Origin: Candidatus Cloacimonadota bacterium
GTDB lineage: Bacteria; Cloacimonadota; Cloacimonadia; Cloacimonadales; TCS61
Length of the DNA stretch: 64,000 nt
Reading direction: 5' to 3'
Assembly: GCA_030626645.1 (NCBI GenBank)
Contig: DAOUTP010000001.1
Span: 4,719 to 68,718 of the forward strand
Below are positions 47,437-56,231 of this stretch, piece by piece. Position 1 is the first letter of the stretch; each line of letters begins with the position of its first letter. Below the pieces are notes generated by a model, which ran no database searches, was not told the origin of the DNA, and worked only from the letters and a program-made list of their open reading frames with translations. The translations under genes and the position numbers were made by a program.

Positions 47437-50310
47437 TTATTTATTTAATTTACAATATTCACACTCGCCGCATCCTTCAGAAAACTCCTGATTTTTAATT
47501 TTCTGATAAACTTCTTTAATCTGATTTCTTACTTTTTGTTCATCTTCCACTTTAATGACTACTGTGTCTTTTTTCTCCGGAGTAACAAAAGCAATTTTGA
47601 TGTCTCTTACTTTCCATGATTTCCATTGTACTTCATCCATAGCTAATTTACAAAATTTCATTTGACGATAAACATCACCATCCGGTTTCATTTTACTTAA
47701 AGTTGATTTGTAGTTTCCAGTTTTATAATCCACCAAATCAATGATTTCACCATCAAATTCTATTTTATCAACTATTACTTTCACAGGAATATCATCAATA
47801 TTTACTTTAGCTGTAAATTCATTAAGTGTAATCTTATTACTATAACGAACTATTTTATCATAATACTCTAATAATACAATTTTACCTAACTCCGTTCTAC
47901 GCACTATTGCCTCTTTTGATAGTATTCCCTCACTTTTTGCTAAAGTGCTTCTAAAAGTCTCAAAAAGCCATTCTCCTGTGTGTTTTAATCCATTTTTATA
48001 ATCATTATAGTATCTCTGTAATGACACATGGATTGCTGTTCCATAAATACCTGCTTCGTTAGCAAGATATGGAACTTTAATTATATTTTGATAATAGAAT
48101 TGCACCGGACATTTCAAATAAAGATTCAAAGCCGATGGAGACAATCTGTAAAATTCCAATAATTTGGCAATATATTCTTTTTCTAAAGCCGGTTGAAACA
48201 CCTCTGGTTTTAAATTGTAAGACAAATGAGAAACAAAATCAGGTTCTTGTTCGTTTTGAATGATTTTTATTTCCGATTCATCAATAAACTGGCTTCTTTC
48301 CAAACCCTTATCATCATTTGTTTTACAAGAATAAGACATGATTAACTGTTTTCTTGCTCTGGTCATTGCCACGTAAAATAAACGTCTTTCTTGTTCCTCT
48401 TTGGCTGATTCGGTTTTAGTAATAGTTTCAGGTAATTTGAATCGGTTGACATTTCCCCGAGAACCTTCCCATTCATTTCTGGTGCATTTTATCATAAAAA
48501 CATAATCGAACTCTGTGCCTTTGGCCCCATGACACGTTAAAAAGTTTATTCCTTCTTCATTATAGTTAATATTCAAAACAGGAATACCAATACTGTTTTT
48601 TCTCAGATTTTCTATTAAACTCAATAATGCTTTAATATCAAGTAACGAATTTTTACTTACCTCTGCTTTTACAAAATCAAAAAAAGTTGTTAATTCAATA
48701 AACTTTTGAATTCTATCCGGTTGGTTATTGATGTATTCAATAATATTACAATTTTGAAATATTAATTCCATTAATTGAAGTAAAGTATGATTTTGAGAAT
48801 CTTTTTTTAATTGTTTTTTTACATATAAAAATGGTAAAAAATCTTTAAGAATAGCAGAAGATTTAAAATCTAAATCAGGAAATGTTTTCTCTGCAATTGA
48901 TTTCTCAATTTGTTCAATCGGGAGATTAAAGAAATTAAAAAATGCTATTTGATGTAGATTCTCACCTGTTTCAATATAATTAAGAATTTTAACAATTTGA
49001 TTTGTCAAAACTAAATCCAAAATATTGGTTCTTCTTTTGATATTAATAGGTATGTCTCTTTGCTGAAATTCTTTAATGATATTTAGGGAATGTTTGTGTT
49101 TTCGATAAATAACAGCAATATCACATGGATTTACACCATTATCTATCAATTCCAGAATTTCTTCAATAGTTCTCATTTCTTCTTCTGTTACAGTTTTATA
49201 CTCTACTGATAAAGAAATTGGATCATCGGCACGTTCAGGATTTCCTTGAATCATATCTACATCTCCTACAACTATTTCATTATGCCTGATTAGATTGGCT
49301 GCATAATCTATTATTTGTTGATTACTTCTATAATTATACTTTAAATTGATTTCAACAGGATTATATTTTCTTTGAAAATCAAGAATATTTTGCAAACGAG
49401 ACCCACTAAATTCATAAATTGTTTGTTGAAGATCACCAACGCAAAATATATTAGGATTTGGCCAAAAATCAATCAAAAGGTTTAATAATCTCATTTGACT
49501 TCTATTTGTGTCCTGGACTTCATCTACGAGTAGATATTGGTATTTTTCCTGGTATTGCCTTAGAAAATTTTCATTGTTCTCAAATGCTTTAATTACCCAT
49601 AGGAGAAGGTCTGAAAAATCAAATCTTTCAATTTCTGTTAATTTTGCATTGTATTGCTCCAACAAATATGCTCCAGCAATTAACTTATCCATTTTTTCCT
49701 TTTCAGAAGCAATTAAGTGTTTTTTTACATCTCCTACTTTTATTTCCTTTTTTTTATTTGCTCTTTTGTAGATGTATCTATCATCAAAAGGTAAATTTTC
49801 AAGATATTCATCGCACTTTTTCTCAATATCATCTTTTGTGTAATGTTCTTCTTTTAAAAATTGAAATAATTGAGTTAATCTACCAACTTCATAATAAATA
49901 TCACCAGATAATCTTTTAAGAATATGATTTATAGGAAGTTTATCAATAATCTCTTTTATTATTCCTATTTTTTCCAATTCTGAAACCGGTTCAACGTTTC
50001 TTACACCAAAATAATCCAGTCTGTTTTGGATAATATCATTAGAAAAGCTATGAAAAGTATGAATACCAATTTTATATGCTGTTGAACTGATATTTTTTAT
50101 AAGTTTTTGTCTCATGTTGATAGCACCTATGTCCGTGAATGTTAAACAAAGAATGTTCTCTGAATTTATTTGTGCAACCGACATTAACATTTTTTCAACA
50201 CGACTTGCTAATACAGTTGTCTTTCCTGTTCCGGCAGAAGCTGCAACATATACTGCTCCTTCAATTGTATCAACTGCGAATTGTTGTTCTTTATTTAGAT
50301 TTGTTTCCAT
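47437..50310 (-). CDS. UvrD/AddA-type SF1 helicase fused to a Cas4/AddB-like PD-(D/E)XK nuclease with Cys cluster
   Basis: 957 aa. Walker A is AASAGTGKTT and motif II is LLVDEVQDTN. The C-terminal nuclease region has LKCPVQFYY...IDLVDYKTG...CGECEYCKL (1+3 Cys Fe-S pattern). Confidence 0.8.
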   Translation of the reverse strand: METNLNKEQQFAVDTIEGAVYVAASAGTGKTTVLASRVEKMLMSVAQINSENILCLTFTDIGAINMRQKLIKNISSTAYKIGIHTFHSFSNDIIQNRLDYFGVRNVEPVSELEKIGIIKEIIDKLPINHILKRLSGDIYYEVGRLTQLFQFLKEEHYTKDDIEKKCDEYLENLPFDDRYIYKRANKKKEIKVGDVKKHLIASEKEKMDKLIAGAYLLEQYNAKLTEIERFDFSDLLLWVIKAFENNENFLRQYQEKYQYLLVDEVQDTNRSQMRLLNLLIDFWPNPNIFCVGDLQQTIYEFSGSRLQNILDFQRKYNPVEINLKYNYRSNQQIIDYAANLIRHNEIVVGDVDMIQGNPERADDPISLSVEYKTVTEEEMRTIEEILELIDNGVNPCDIAVIYRKHKHSLNIIKEFQQRDIPINIKRRTNILDLVLTNQIVKILNYIETGENLHQIAFFNFFNLPIEQIEKSIAEKTFPDLDFKSSAILKDFLPFLYVKKQLKKDSQNHTLLQLMELIFQNCNIIEYINNQPDRIQKFIELTTFFDFVKAEVSKNSLLDIKALLSLIENLRKNSIGIPVLNINYNEEGINFLTCHGAKGTEFDYVFMIKCTRNEWEGSRGNVNRFKLPETITKTESAKEEQERRLFYVAMTRARKQLIMSYSCKTNDDKGLERSQFIDESEIKIIQNEQEPDFVSHLSYNLKPEVFQPALEKEYIAKLLEFYRLSPSALNLYLKCPVQFYYQNIIKVPYLANEAGIYGTAIHVSLQRYYNDYKNGLKHTGEWLFETFRSTLAKSEGILSKEAIVRRTELGKIVLLEYYDKIVRYSNKITLNEFTAKVNIDDIPVKVIVDKIEFDGEIIDLVDYKTGNYKSTLSKMKPDGDVYRQMKFCKLAMDEVQWKSWKVRDIKIAFVTPEKKDTVVIKVEDEQKVRNQIKEVYQKIKNQEFSEGCGECEYCKLNK

Positions 50311-50311
50311 A

Positions 50312-50506
50312 TTAGAAAGGTATTTTAATTAAATTTTTATTTCTGATTTCATCTACTATTAAAATAGGGAGTTCGGTTTTAATTTTATACTGAATTACTT
50401 GTCGAACAAATTTTGATTTATTTATACCATATTTTTCTAATTTCCCTAAATTATTTACCATTTCGACAGTCATTCTAAATCTTTGTATTTCAGTTAATTT
50501 ACTCAT
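50312..50506 (-). CDS. ribbon-helix-helix DNA-binding protein, paralogue A
   Basis: MSKLTEIQRFRMTVEMVNNLGKLEKYGINKSKFVRQVIQYKI has a beta-strand-helix-helix layout. The track ORF starts 13 codons early. The first 15 codons plus 35 nt upstream are identical to paralogue B. Confidence 0.65.
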   Translation of the reverse strand: MSKLTEIQRFRMTVEMVNNLGKLEKYGINKSKFVRQVIQYKIKTELPILIVDEIRNKNLIKIPF

Positions 50507-50541
50507 AAATGTCCTACAAAAGGTGTGTATATCTACTGTTA
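50462..50541. repeat. 80-bp exact repeat, copy A
   Basis: Identical to 59520-59599. It ends at the GTTA core (50538-50541). Confidence 0.95.
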
Positions 50542-51010
50542 GCATTAATACTACGTAGCGGATCTAAATATCACTATCATACTATCGTGTTTCCCTTTGT
50601 TTTTAGTTGAGTATTCACCTTTTGTATTATATCCCTTAAATGCTATCCTACCCTTTATAAATCTAATTTCAGCATTTGGTAACATAAGTTCGTGAAATTG
50701 TTTTGTGCCTGTTGCACTTGGTATTAATAGCACACAAGTATTTCCTTTTTGCCATTCCTCGTAAGCCTTTTGTATAAATTTTGGTTTATTAACTCTATCA
50801 TAAGGAGGGTTAATAAAATTAGATTTTCCCCACCCGCATTCAAGCCCATCAAATTTTGCATTTAAAGGGCAAGGATCAAAGTCAAAGGCAAACTCTTGGT
50901 TTAGTTCATTATATAAATATTCTGGGGTTTTCCAATGGTTACTATTTTCTAATCCGTCTCTATTTTTCATATCAATTTTTGTTTTTAATTAAACCGTACT
51001 AATGCTAACA
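50537..51010. repeat. IR-bracketed unit 1 (TGTTAGCATTA / TAATGCTAACA, 11 bp)
   Basis: Arms at 50537-50547 and 51000-51010 are perfect reverse complements. Cargo is the Dam-type MTase. Confidence 0.85.
50551..50970 (-). CDS. phage Dam-family N6-adenine DNA methyltransferase (PF05869-like)
   Basis: HWKTPEYLYNELNQEFAFDFDPCP...NFINPPYDR...CVLLIPSATGTKQF shows WxTP, D-P-C and intact NPPY motifs. Confidence 0.75.
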   Translation of the reverse strand: MKNRDGLENSNHWKTPEYLYNELNQEFAFDFDPCPLNAKFDGLECGWGKSNFINPPYDRVNKPKFIQKAYEEWQKGNTCVLLIPSATGTKQFHELMLPNAEIRFIKGRIAFKGYNTKGEYSTKNKGKHDSMIVIFRSAT

Positions 51011-51048
51011 ATATGTAACAGGCATTAAAACGACCTGTTACACAAACC

Positions 51049-51298
51049 GTTATGTGGCATTTACAATACGGTTAATATCATTATGGAAATCTAAAGCATC
51101 ATCAATATTCATTCCTAACTCTAATCCAAGTTCTGCTGATGTGCACGTGCAAAAAGGATAGTCTTTTTTTATTAATCCATTTGCAGCCTTAGCACACTTT
51201 ATTGACCATAATAAATACTCTTTACCTCTTTTTGCTTTTAGTAGTCTTAATAAGTTTTGTTTATTGTGGAGTATTACTTTTAAATAACGCCACATAAC
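51049..51298. repeat. IR-bracketed unit 2 (GTTATGTGGC / GCCACATAAC, 10 bp)
   Basis: Arms at 51049-51058 (overlapping the stop) and 51289-51298 (inside the track ORF; contains an in-frame ATG). Confidence 0.85.
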
Positions 51299-51352
51299 AA
51301 TAGATAAAATCCATTGCTTAAATTGTGCTAACTTGTTAGTTTTATGTTTCAT
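51050..51352 (-). CDS. hypothetical protein
   Basis: Track ORF 51050..51397. Plausible starts are ATG 51352 (MKHKTNK...) or ATG 51295 inside the IR arm (MWRYLKV...). Confidence 0.5.
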   Translation of the reverse strand: MKHKTNKLAQFKQWILSIVMWRYLKVILHNKQNLLRLLKAKRGKEYLLWSIKCAKAANGLIKKDYPFCTCTSAELGLELGMNIDDALDFHNDINRIVNAT

Positions 51353-51414
51353 ATCAATATTATTATAAGTTTGAAAAATTATAATTCTAAATCGCAACGT
51401 ATCTTATCAAGAAC

Positions 51415-51645
51415 GTTATAAACAATTAACCAACTATTATAGTAGTTAATTGGTCTTGATAGTCTAATTTTGCATTTATAATACACTTATTTTTATCATC
51501 AAATGCTTTAGAGTGCCTAACTCTACCTTCTTCTTTGTTAATGTTTGTTGTTTCTGTTTGCTTCCATTTGTGTTGATTTCCAAATGGTATTATTTTATAT
51601 TCAAAATATTTCCCAGTTAATTTCATAATTTTATCAGTTTATAAC
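51415..51645. repeat. IR-bracketed unit 3 (GTTATAAAC / GTTTATAAC, 9 bp)
   Basis: Arms at 51415-51423 and 51637-51645, lying 2 nt past the stop and 10 nt before the ATG of 51426..51626. Confidence 0.85.
51426..51626 (-). CDS. hypothetical small protein
   Basis: 66-aa ORF, cargo of unit 3. Confidence 0.55.
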   Translation of the reverse strand: MKLTGKYFEYKIIPFGNQHKWKQTETTNINKEEGRVRHSKAFDDKNKCIINAKLDYQDQLTTIIVG

Positions 51646-51727
51646 ATCAGCTCATAAATAATAGCCGATGAAGATTAATACTATATTTCAAAGTTTGTGG
51701 TACGGCTACTATTCATAGCTGAGTACC
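51646..51727. repeat. inter-unit linker, copy a
   Basis: ATCAGCTCATAAATAATAGCCGATG...GGCTACTATTCATAGCTGAGTACC. Homologous to 52110-52190, 60991-61109 and 62450-62564. Confidence 0.8.
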
Positions 51728-52109
51728 GTTATAAAACATTTGCCACCGCACTAATTCAAGTCTTTTTTGTGACTCATGTTCCCATCTGTAATATGTACTT
51801 TTTTATCTGATAATTCGTCACTAAATGAATTACCGAGAAATCCCATAAGCATTCCAATTTTTGTATCGTAATGTGGATGGCATTCTTCATTGTATCCCTC
51901 TTCATCTGCTTTTTTACATACTGCACTAAATGTTTCTCTAATTTCTTTAGGTTGTATAAAATCTGGTTTGCAACAACTAAAGTCAGGGCAGCATTCATCA
52001 TCTACCTTGTTGTGTATTGGATTTCCTTTCACCCATTCTTCCAGTTGGTTGTTGCTTCTTTCTTTGTAATTATTTCCTTTTAAAGCCATCGCTCAAAACG
52101 TTTTATAAC
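51728..52109. repeat. IR-bracketed unit 4 (GTTATAAAAC / GTTTTATAAC, 10 bp)
   Basis: Arms at 51728-51737 and 52100-52109, the latter 10 nt before the ATG of 51751..52089. Confidence 0.85.
51751..52089 (-). CDS. hypothetical Cys-rich protein
   Basis: 112 aa with ECCPDFSCCKPDF...ECHPH. Cargo of unit 4. The overlapping frame 51774..52001 was rejected. Confidence 0.6.
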   Translation of the reverse strand: MALKGNNYKERSNNQLEEWVKGNPIHNKVDDECCPDFSCCKPDFIQPKEIRETFSAVCKKADEEGYNEECHPHYDTKIGMLMGFLGNSFSDELSDKKVHITDGNMSHKKDLN

Positions 52110-52190
52110 AACGGCTCATATTTAATTGCCGTTGTAAATTTGTGCTTAGTTTTGAAAGTTTATAGTTCGGCAACTAAACATAGCCAAACC
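52110..52190. repeat. inter-unit linker, copy b
   Basis: AACGGCTCATATTTAATTGCCGTTG...GGCAACTAAACATAGCCAAACC. Confidence 0.8.
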
Positions 52191-52562
52191 GTTAGCAGCA
52201 ATATTATTTTTTGCCACCGCACATTTCAACAGCAACTACATGCCCTACCTCCGCTTCTTCGTATGTAGCATATTTGTCTTGGTATTGGTCATGTTCTCCG
52301 CCAAATATCATTGTCTCAAACAATATAGGAGTGCCACCGCCAAATGAGTGGTCTAATCCTAAAAATACTGTTGAAACATTTACCTCTTTTGAAATCTCAG
52401 TTTTTGCAATATGTCTTTCGGCTGTCTCAAACCACTTAGCCCATTCCATCATATCATCAACTGTCTTAATTGTTTTCCCTTCTAAAATGTAATTTTTCAT
52501 CTTGTTTGTATTTTAATGTTTATAATTCCTTCCCTCAAATAAAAAATAAAAAAGCTGGTAAC
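52191..52562. repeat. IR-bracketed unit 5 (GTTAGCAGC / GCTGGTAAC, 9 bp, 1 mismatch)
   Basis: Arms at 52191-52199 and 52554-52562. Confidence 0.65.
52204..52500 (-). CDS. conserved phage protein of unknown function
   Basis: 98 aa. STVFLGLDHSFGGGTPILFETMIFGG...YATYEEAEVGH is a pattern I recognise from many phage hypotheticals. No function known. Confidence 0.65.
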   Translation of the reverse strand: MKNYILEGKTIKTVDDMMEWAKWFETAERHIAKTEISKEVNVSTVFLGLDHSFGGGTPILFETMIFGGEHDQYQDKYATYEEAEVGHVVAVEMCGGKK

Positions 52563-52609
52563 ACGTTGTAAAATTCATTGCGAAAAGCAACGAAATCTTA
52601 CAACCATAC

Positions 52610-52874
52610 GTTATAGGGCATTTAAGAATCCACCCCAGTTGAAAATAATGGCTTGCCACATTTGCAACATACAACCGCATAATCTTCGTTTGCATAATCT
52701 TGATAATATCCACATTCATCACCATTATCATAATCAATATCTTCCGAAAATTCTTTATTGGTATTAATTTCTTCCATTCTTTTTTCTATACATTCAAAGC
52801 AGTAGTAGTTGTCTTCATCTTCCCAAAATATCCAATTTGCTAATTCCTTATTCATAATAAAAACGCCCTATAAC
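52610..52874. repeat. IR-bracketed unit 6 (GTTATAGGGC / GCCCTATAAC, 10 bp)
   Basis: Arms at 52610-52619 and 52865-52874, lying 2 nt past the stop and 9 nt before the ATG of 52622..52855. Confidence 0.85.
52622..52855 (-). CDS. small acidic zinc-ribbon-like protein
   Basis: 77 aa with CFEC...CCKCG. Cargo of unit 6. Confidence 0.6.
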   Translation of the reverse strand: MNKELANWIFWEDEDNYYCFECIEKRMEEINTNKEFSEDIDYDNGDECGYYQDYANEDYAVVCCKCGKPLFSTGVDS

Positions 52875-52984
52875 AATGTATAATAAGTCATTGCCTCTAA
52901 GGTCTTTGTTTAAAATTTGTGTTTAATTATTAGTTTTATTTTCATCCTTAATTTTTGTGATGGCAACGCTTCTTATACTAAGCG

Positions 52985-53368
52985 TTATGCACAATAGAAG
53001 TATCCACGCCCACTTAACAATCCAGTATCTTCACTGAATGTAGCTTCGGTAGTTATTGCACCCTTTAGTTCTTTAATCAGCTTTTGTAGCTTATAGTTAG
53101 TCCAGCCAAACCTTTTAAGTATTCCCTTTTTACACGGCAAAATATCAGCAGTATTCCAAGCGTAAACATATAAGCATAATTTTTGGTGGGCGTTTAATTC
53201 GTCATAGTTTATTTTGCCTTCATCTCTGATACTATCAATAAACTGCTCATTATGGAAGCTTGTGTAGTAAGGTTTGTCTTCCACTCTGCTCTTAAAATCT
53301 ACTGTACCTAACAACGTATCATACGCCATTGGCTTGCTGTTATTTGTAGTTTCGTTCTTTTTTGTCAT
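52985..53368 (-). CDS. hypothetical protein (leader MAYDTLLGTV related to the linker-encoded AINYEPLLG)
   Basis: 127-aa ORF followed by the hairpin AACGCTT-N8-AAGCGTT. Confidence 0.6.
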   Translation of the reverse strand: MTKKNETTNNSKPMAYDTLLGTVDFKSRVEDKPYYTSFHNEQFIDSIRDEGKINYDELNAHQKLCLYVYAWNTADILPCKKGILKRFGWTNYKLQKLIKELKGAITTEATFSEDTGLLSGRGYFYCA

Positions 53369-53380
53369 TGTATCAAGTAT

Positions 53381-53443
53381 TTAAATTTTTGAACATCCGA
53401 TTATAGGATTCCATGTTTCTGTTGCCCATTCAATTTTTGTCAT
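53381..53443 (-). pseudogene. 20-codon remnant of a DUF5131 (phage Gp37/Gp68) gene
   Basis: MTKIEWATETWNPIIGCSKI* equals the characteristic N-terminus (M..IEWT..TWNP..GC) but terminates after 20 codons. Confidence 0.55.
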
Positions 53444-53453
53444 ATCTTTTATA

Positions 53454-53795
53454 TTAAATTCTAAAACTTTTCAAAATTACTTTCAAATCACTAATAGACC
53501 TACATCCGGATAATGGTATCTCAAAATCCTTAACATATTGAATATGCCTTATAAGCAAAACGTTCTCTTTTTGCAATTGCCAATGATTACTAATTTTTTT
53601 ATATTGACAAATCACTTGTAGTATTAAATCTCCTTTTTGCTTAGTATAAATAGCAGTTTTCATATTTTGACTTCTACTCAAAAGTTTTGCTTTGTCCAAT
53701 TCATAAGAAATTCTAAATCCCATTTCTCTTAATTGTATTTCAGGAAATTTACTTTTGCGTTGTTCCATCATTAATATATTTACCAGAAGGATCAC
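53454..53795 (-). CDS. hypothetical protein
   Basis: 113-aa ORF. The start probably lies at an internal Met because of the 47-nt overlap upstream. Confidence 0.5.
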   Translation of the reverse strand: MILLVNILMMEQRKSKFPEIQLREMGFRISYELDKAKLLSRSQNMKTAIYTKQKGDLILQVICQYKKISNHWQLQKENVLLIRHIQYVKDFEIPLSGCRSISDLKVILKSFRI

Positions 53796-54528
53796 TTTTT
53801 AATACATCATCATTATTTTCAACAAAAATTTTTTTTTTGGTAAGAGGATCAACAAAAACAGTTGTACCTTTTGAATCAAACTTTTTACCTATAACATCAG
53901 GTTCGTTTTCAGGAACTTCGGTAGCAGAAAATTGTAATTGAATTGGGATCCATTTTTCATCTTTTTTCAGATGAATCTTTTCATAGGTTTTGTATCCTTT
54001 GATTGTTTTTGCTTTTTTTACCATTTTGATACAACTTTGAAAATTTTCATCATTAACTACTCTTTCATCTTCTTCAAAATTAAGTAATGTTTTGATTTTT
54101 TTATTATCAAATCTTCCCCTTGTCATTTTCAAAGAATCCAAAAGCATTGCCGGAAGTACTCCATCATTTTCCCCGATGAATTTTTCAAGAAAATCATAGG
54201 CCAGTATCATTTCTGCTGAATTGTATTCAACAACAGCATTGCTTTCAACCGACACTTTAATTGTCTCATTGAAGTTGTACCAGACATGATTCTTCATTTC
54301 CTGGTCATCAACCTTGTTTTCATCTAAAAATGCCTTATATGCCTTCTGTGTGCTTTCTATGACCATTTTTTTCAGGACACTAAGAGATGTTTCCACCTTT
54401 ACAGCTTGTTTGGCTATTTTTACTGCTTCAGTTTCTCTTACCTTTTCAAGTTTGGTAATTCTTTTGACTTCAACAGAGTTTCCTTTACTGTCTATCCACT
54501 CTGGGCCAGTTTGTTTCTTGATTTCCAT
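53749..54528 (-). CDS. hypothetical protein
   Basis: 259-aa ORF in the replication module. It loosely recalls DUF3164 proteins; not asserted. Confidence 0.65.
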   Translation of the reverse strand: MEIKKQTGPEWIDSKGNSVEVKRITKLEKVRETEAVKIAKQAVKVETSLSVLKKMVIESTQKAYKAFLDENKVDDQEMKNHVWYNFNETIKVSVESNAVVEYNSAEMILAYDFLEKFIGENDGVLPAMLLDSLKMTRGRFDNKKIKTLLNFEEDERVVNDENFQSCIKMVKKAKTIKGYKTYEKIHLKKDEKWIPIQLQFSATEVPENEPDVIGKKFDSKGTTVFVDPLTKKKIFVENNDDVLKSDPSGKYINDGTTQK

Positions 54529-54764
54529 TTTTTTTCAATTTTTGTGTAATTTCTATTATAATTTATTTGCCAATTCAAATATAATGTATTTCTTTTAAAA
54601 TAATTAATTACCCTTACTACTCCGCTACGTTTTTCACCATCTATTGATATATCTCTCAACAACACTATTTCACCTATTTCCATTTCAGCAAGAAAAGTAT
54701 AAACAGCTTCGAGAAGTGTTTTTTTATCTTCAGCAGTTCGTATGGGTTCGGCTCGTTTATCCAT
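54492..54764 (-). CDS. hypothetical protein
   Basis: 90-aa ORF. Confidence 0.5.
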   Translation of the reverse strand: MDKRAEPIRTAEDKKTLLEAVYTFLAEMEIGEIVLLRDISIDGEKRSGVVRVINYFKRNTLYLNWQINYNRNYTKIEKKWKSRNKLAQSG

Positions 54765-54966
54765 TGATTAGTAACTTTTGACCTTCCATGTATTTAATTG
54801 CTTCTTCTCTATTATTTGCTGAAAAAGGATTAATTACGTTATTTACAAATGAAGATTCATTAGCTTCTTCAATATCTCTTTTATCAAAATATCTTTTAAC
54901 TTGTATTGAACCGTTAATATGAATATAACCCCACCATAAATTTTCTACTGTTTTATACTTTTCCAT
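54757..54966 (-). CDS. hypothetical protein
   Basis: 69-aa ORF. Confidence 0.5.
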   Translation of the reverse strand: MEKYKTVENLWWGYIHINGSIQVKRYFDKRDIEEANESSFVNNVINPFSANNREEAIKYMEGQKLLING

Positions 54967-54999
54967 AATTTTATTTTATTGTGTATTAATTAATACTAT

Positions 55000-55542
55000 T
55001 TATATTAAAGTTTCGTCATTAATAAGCCATTTACTATTGTATAATGGATTACCAAGTTTTTTAGTTATTTTTTTTATAGCATTTTCCTTTGTTTTTGCAT
55101 ATACTAATGTATATTGTGGACGCTTGGTAGTGTAACATTTATTTTTGTTACACATTATATGACTTATTAAAAAAGGTTTCATATTTTTATTTTTGTTTTC
55201 CAATTTAAGTTCTGTTTTAGTAATCGCAAAAAATAAATTCTGCAATTCATGAACATATTTCAAGTTTGTTATATTCATATTATATGAACGGTTTCCACTA
55301 ATTATAAAATCAAGAGTATTTGTTGATTTATTTTTTAATAATAACAACCAATCTTTTTCATAATTAATGCCTACTTTCTTAAAACCAAATTTTAACATCC
55401 ACTCATCTGTTAAGAATATTGGGTCTAATAAATCTAAAAATGGACTATTATTATAAACTTCGGAAAAATCTTCAATGGCAAATTTAATAATATGACATTT
55501 ATATTCAAAATAATTACCGATCATTATGTTTTCTATTTTCAT
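55000..55542 (-). CDS. hypothetical protein
   Basis: 180-aa ORF. Confidence 0.6.
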   Translation of the reverse strand: MKIENIMIGNYFEYKCHIIKFAIEDFSEVYNNSPFLDLLDPIFLTDEWMLKFGFKKVGINYEKDWLLLLKNKSTNTLDFIISGNRSYNMNITNLKYVHELQNLFFAITKTELKLENKNKNMKPFLISHIMCNKNKCYTTKRPQYTLVYAKTKENAIKKITKKLGNPLYNSKWLINDETLI

Positions 55543-55811
55543 TTTTCTAAGTTTAAAGAATCTTCATATAATGGTTTTCCTGTAAAAGGGCAGAATTTTG
55601 CATACACTATCATTTCTTTATATGATTGTGTAAATGTTTCTTGTCCTTTTTTTTCTCTATACATACAGGGTATCATTAAATGCCTGCCCTCTTTACTTCG
55701 CCACCAAAAAGTGGAAGCATTGAATCCTGCTTCGGAGTCGCCTGTTTTTTCTTTTACTTTTTGTTCAAGTTCATCAATAGCTTTCCAATTTTCTAATATC
55801 TTTTTTTCCAT
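55539..55811 (-). CDS. hypothetical protein
   Basis: 90-aa ORF with a 4-nt overlap downstream. Confidence 0.55.
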   Translation of the reverse strand: MEKKILENWKAIDELEQKVKEKTGDSEAGFNASTFWWRSKEGRHLMIPCMYREKKGQETFTQSYKEMIVYAKFCPFTGKPLYEDSLNLEK

Positions 55812-55847
55812 AATAATATTTTTTAATTAAAGTTTATCCATTAATTA

Positions 55848-56222
55848 TCACTTTCTTGTTTGCCCAGCTTCATCACAGCACATCCAATCTATTTTTTTTC
55901 CGTTGTATCTTGGGTCTTTCGTTACACCAAGCCAATACAAAAATCTTTGAATAAGGTTAGGTTCCCATATTTGTATGTTCAATCGTCCTTTTTCATTTTT
56001 GGTTGTATATATTTTAAATTTAGCCTTTGCACTTGCTAATATTTCTGGGTGTTTTTTAGGCCATACTAACTGATAACAGTCATCACACACCGTTGCTAAA
56101 TCATCACCATGAGCCATTTCTGTTCCAAAAGTTTCTACACATTCTTTTTCTGCTTCTTCATCAGCCCATCCTTTTTCATAGATATTTCCACACATTGCAC
56201 ATTGATATTCGTTTTTTTTCAT
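55848..56222 (-). CDS. zinc-ribbon protein
   Basis: 124 aa with CAMCG...CDDC. Confidence 0.6.
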   Translation of the reverse strand: MKKNEYQCAMCGNIYEKGWADEEAEKECVETFGTEMAHGDDLATVCDDCYQLVWPKKHPEILASAKAKFKIYTTKNEKGRLNIQIWEPNLIQRFLYWLGVTKDPRYNGKKIDWMCCDEAGQTRK

Positions 56223-56231
56223 AATCTTTAT

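Noticed and set aside
52513-52737. 74-aa minus-strand ORF (MIMIMVMNVD...) overlapping ORF 52622..52855.
   Set aside because: It runs across the unit 5 right arm, the inter-unit spacer and the left IR arm of unit 6, in a different frame from the well-bounded 52622..52855 ORF, and has an implausible sequence.
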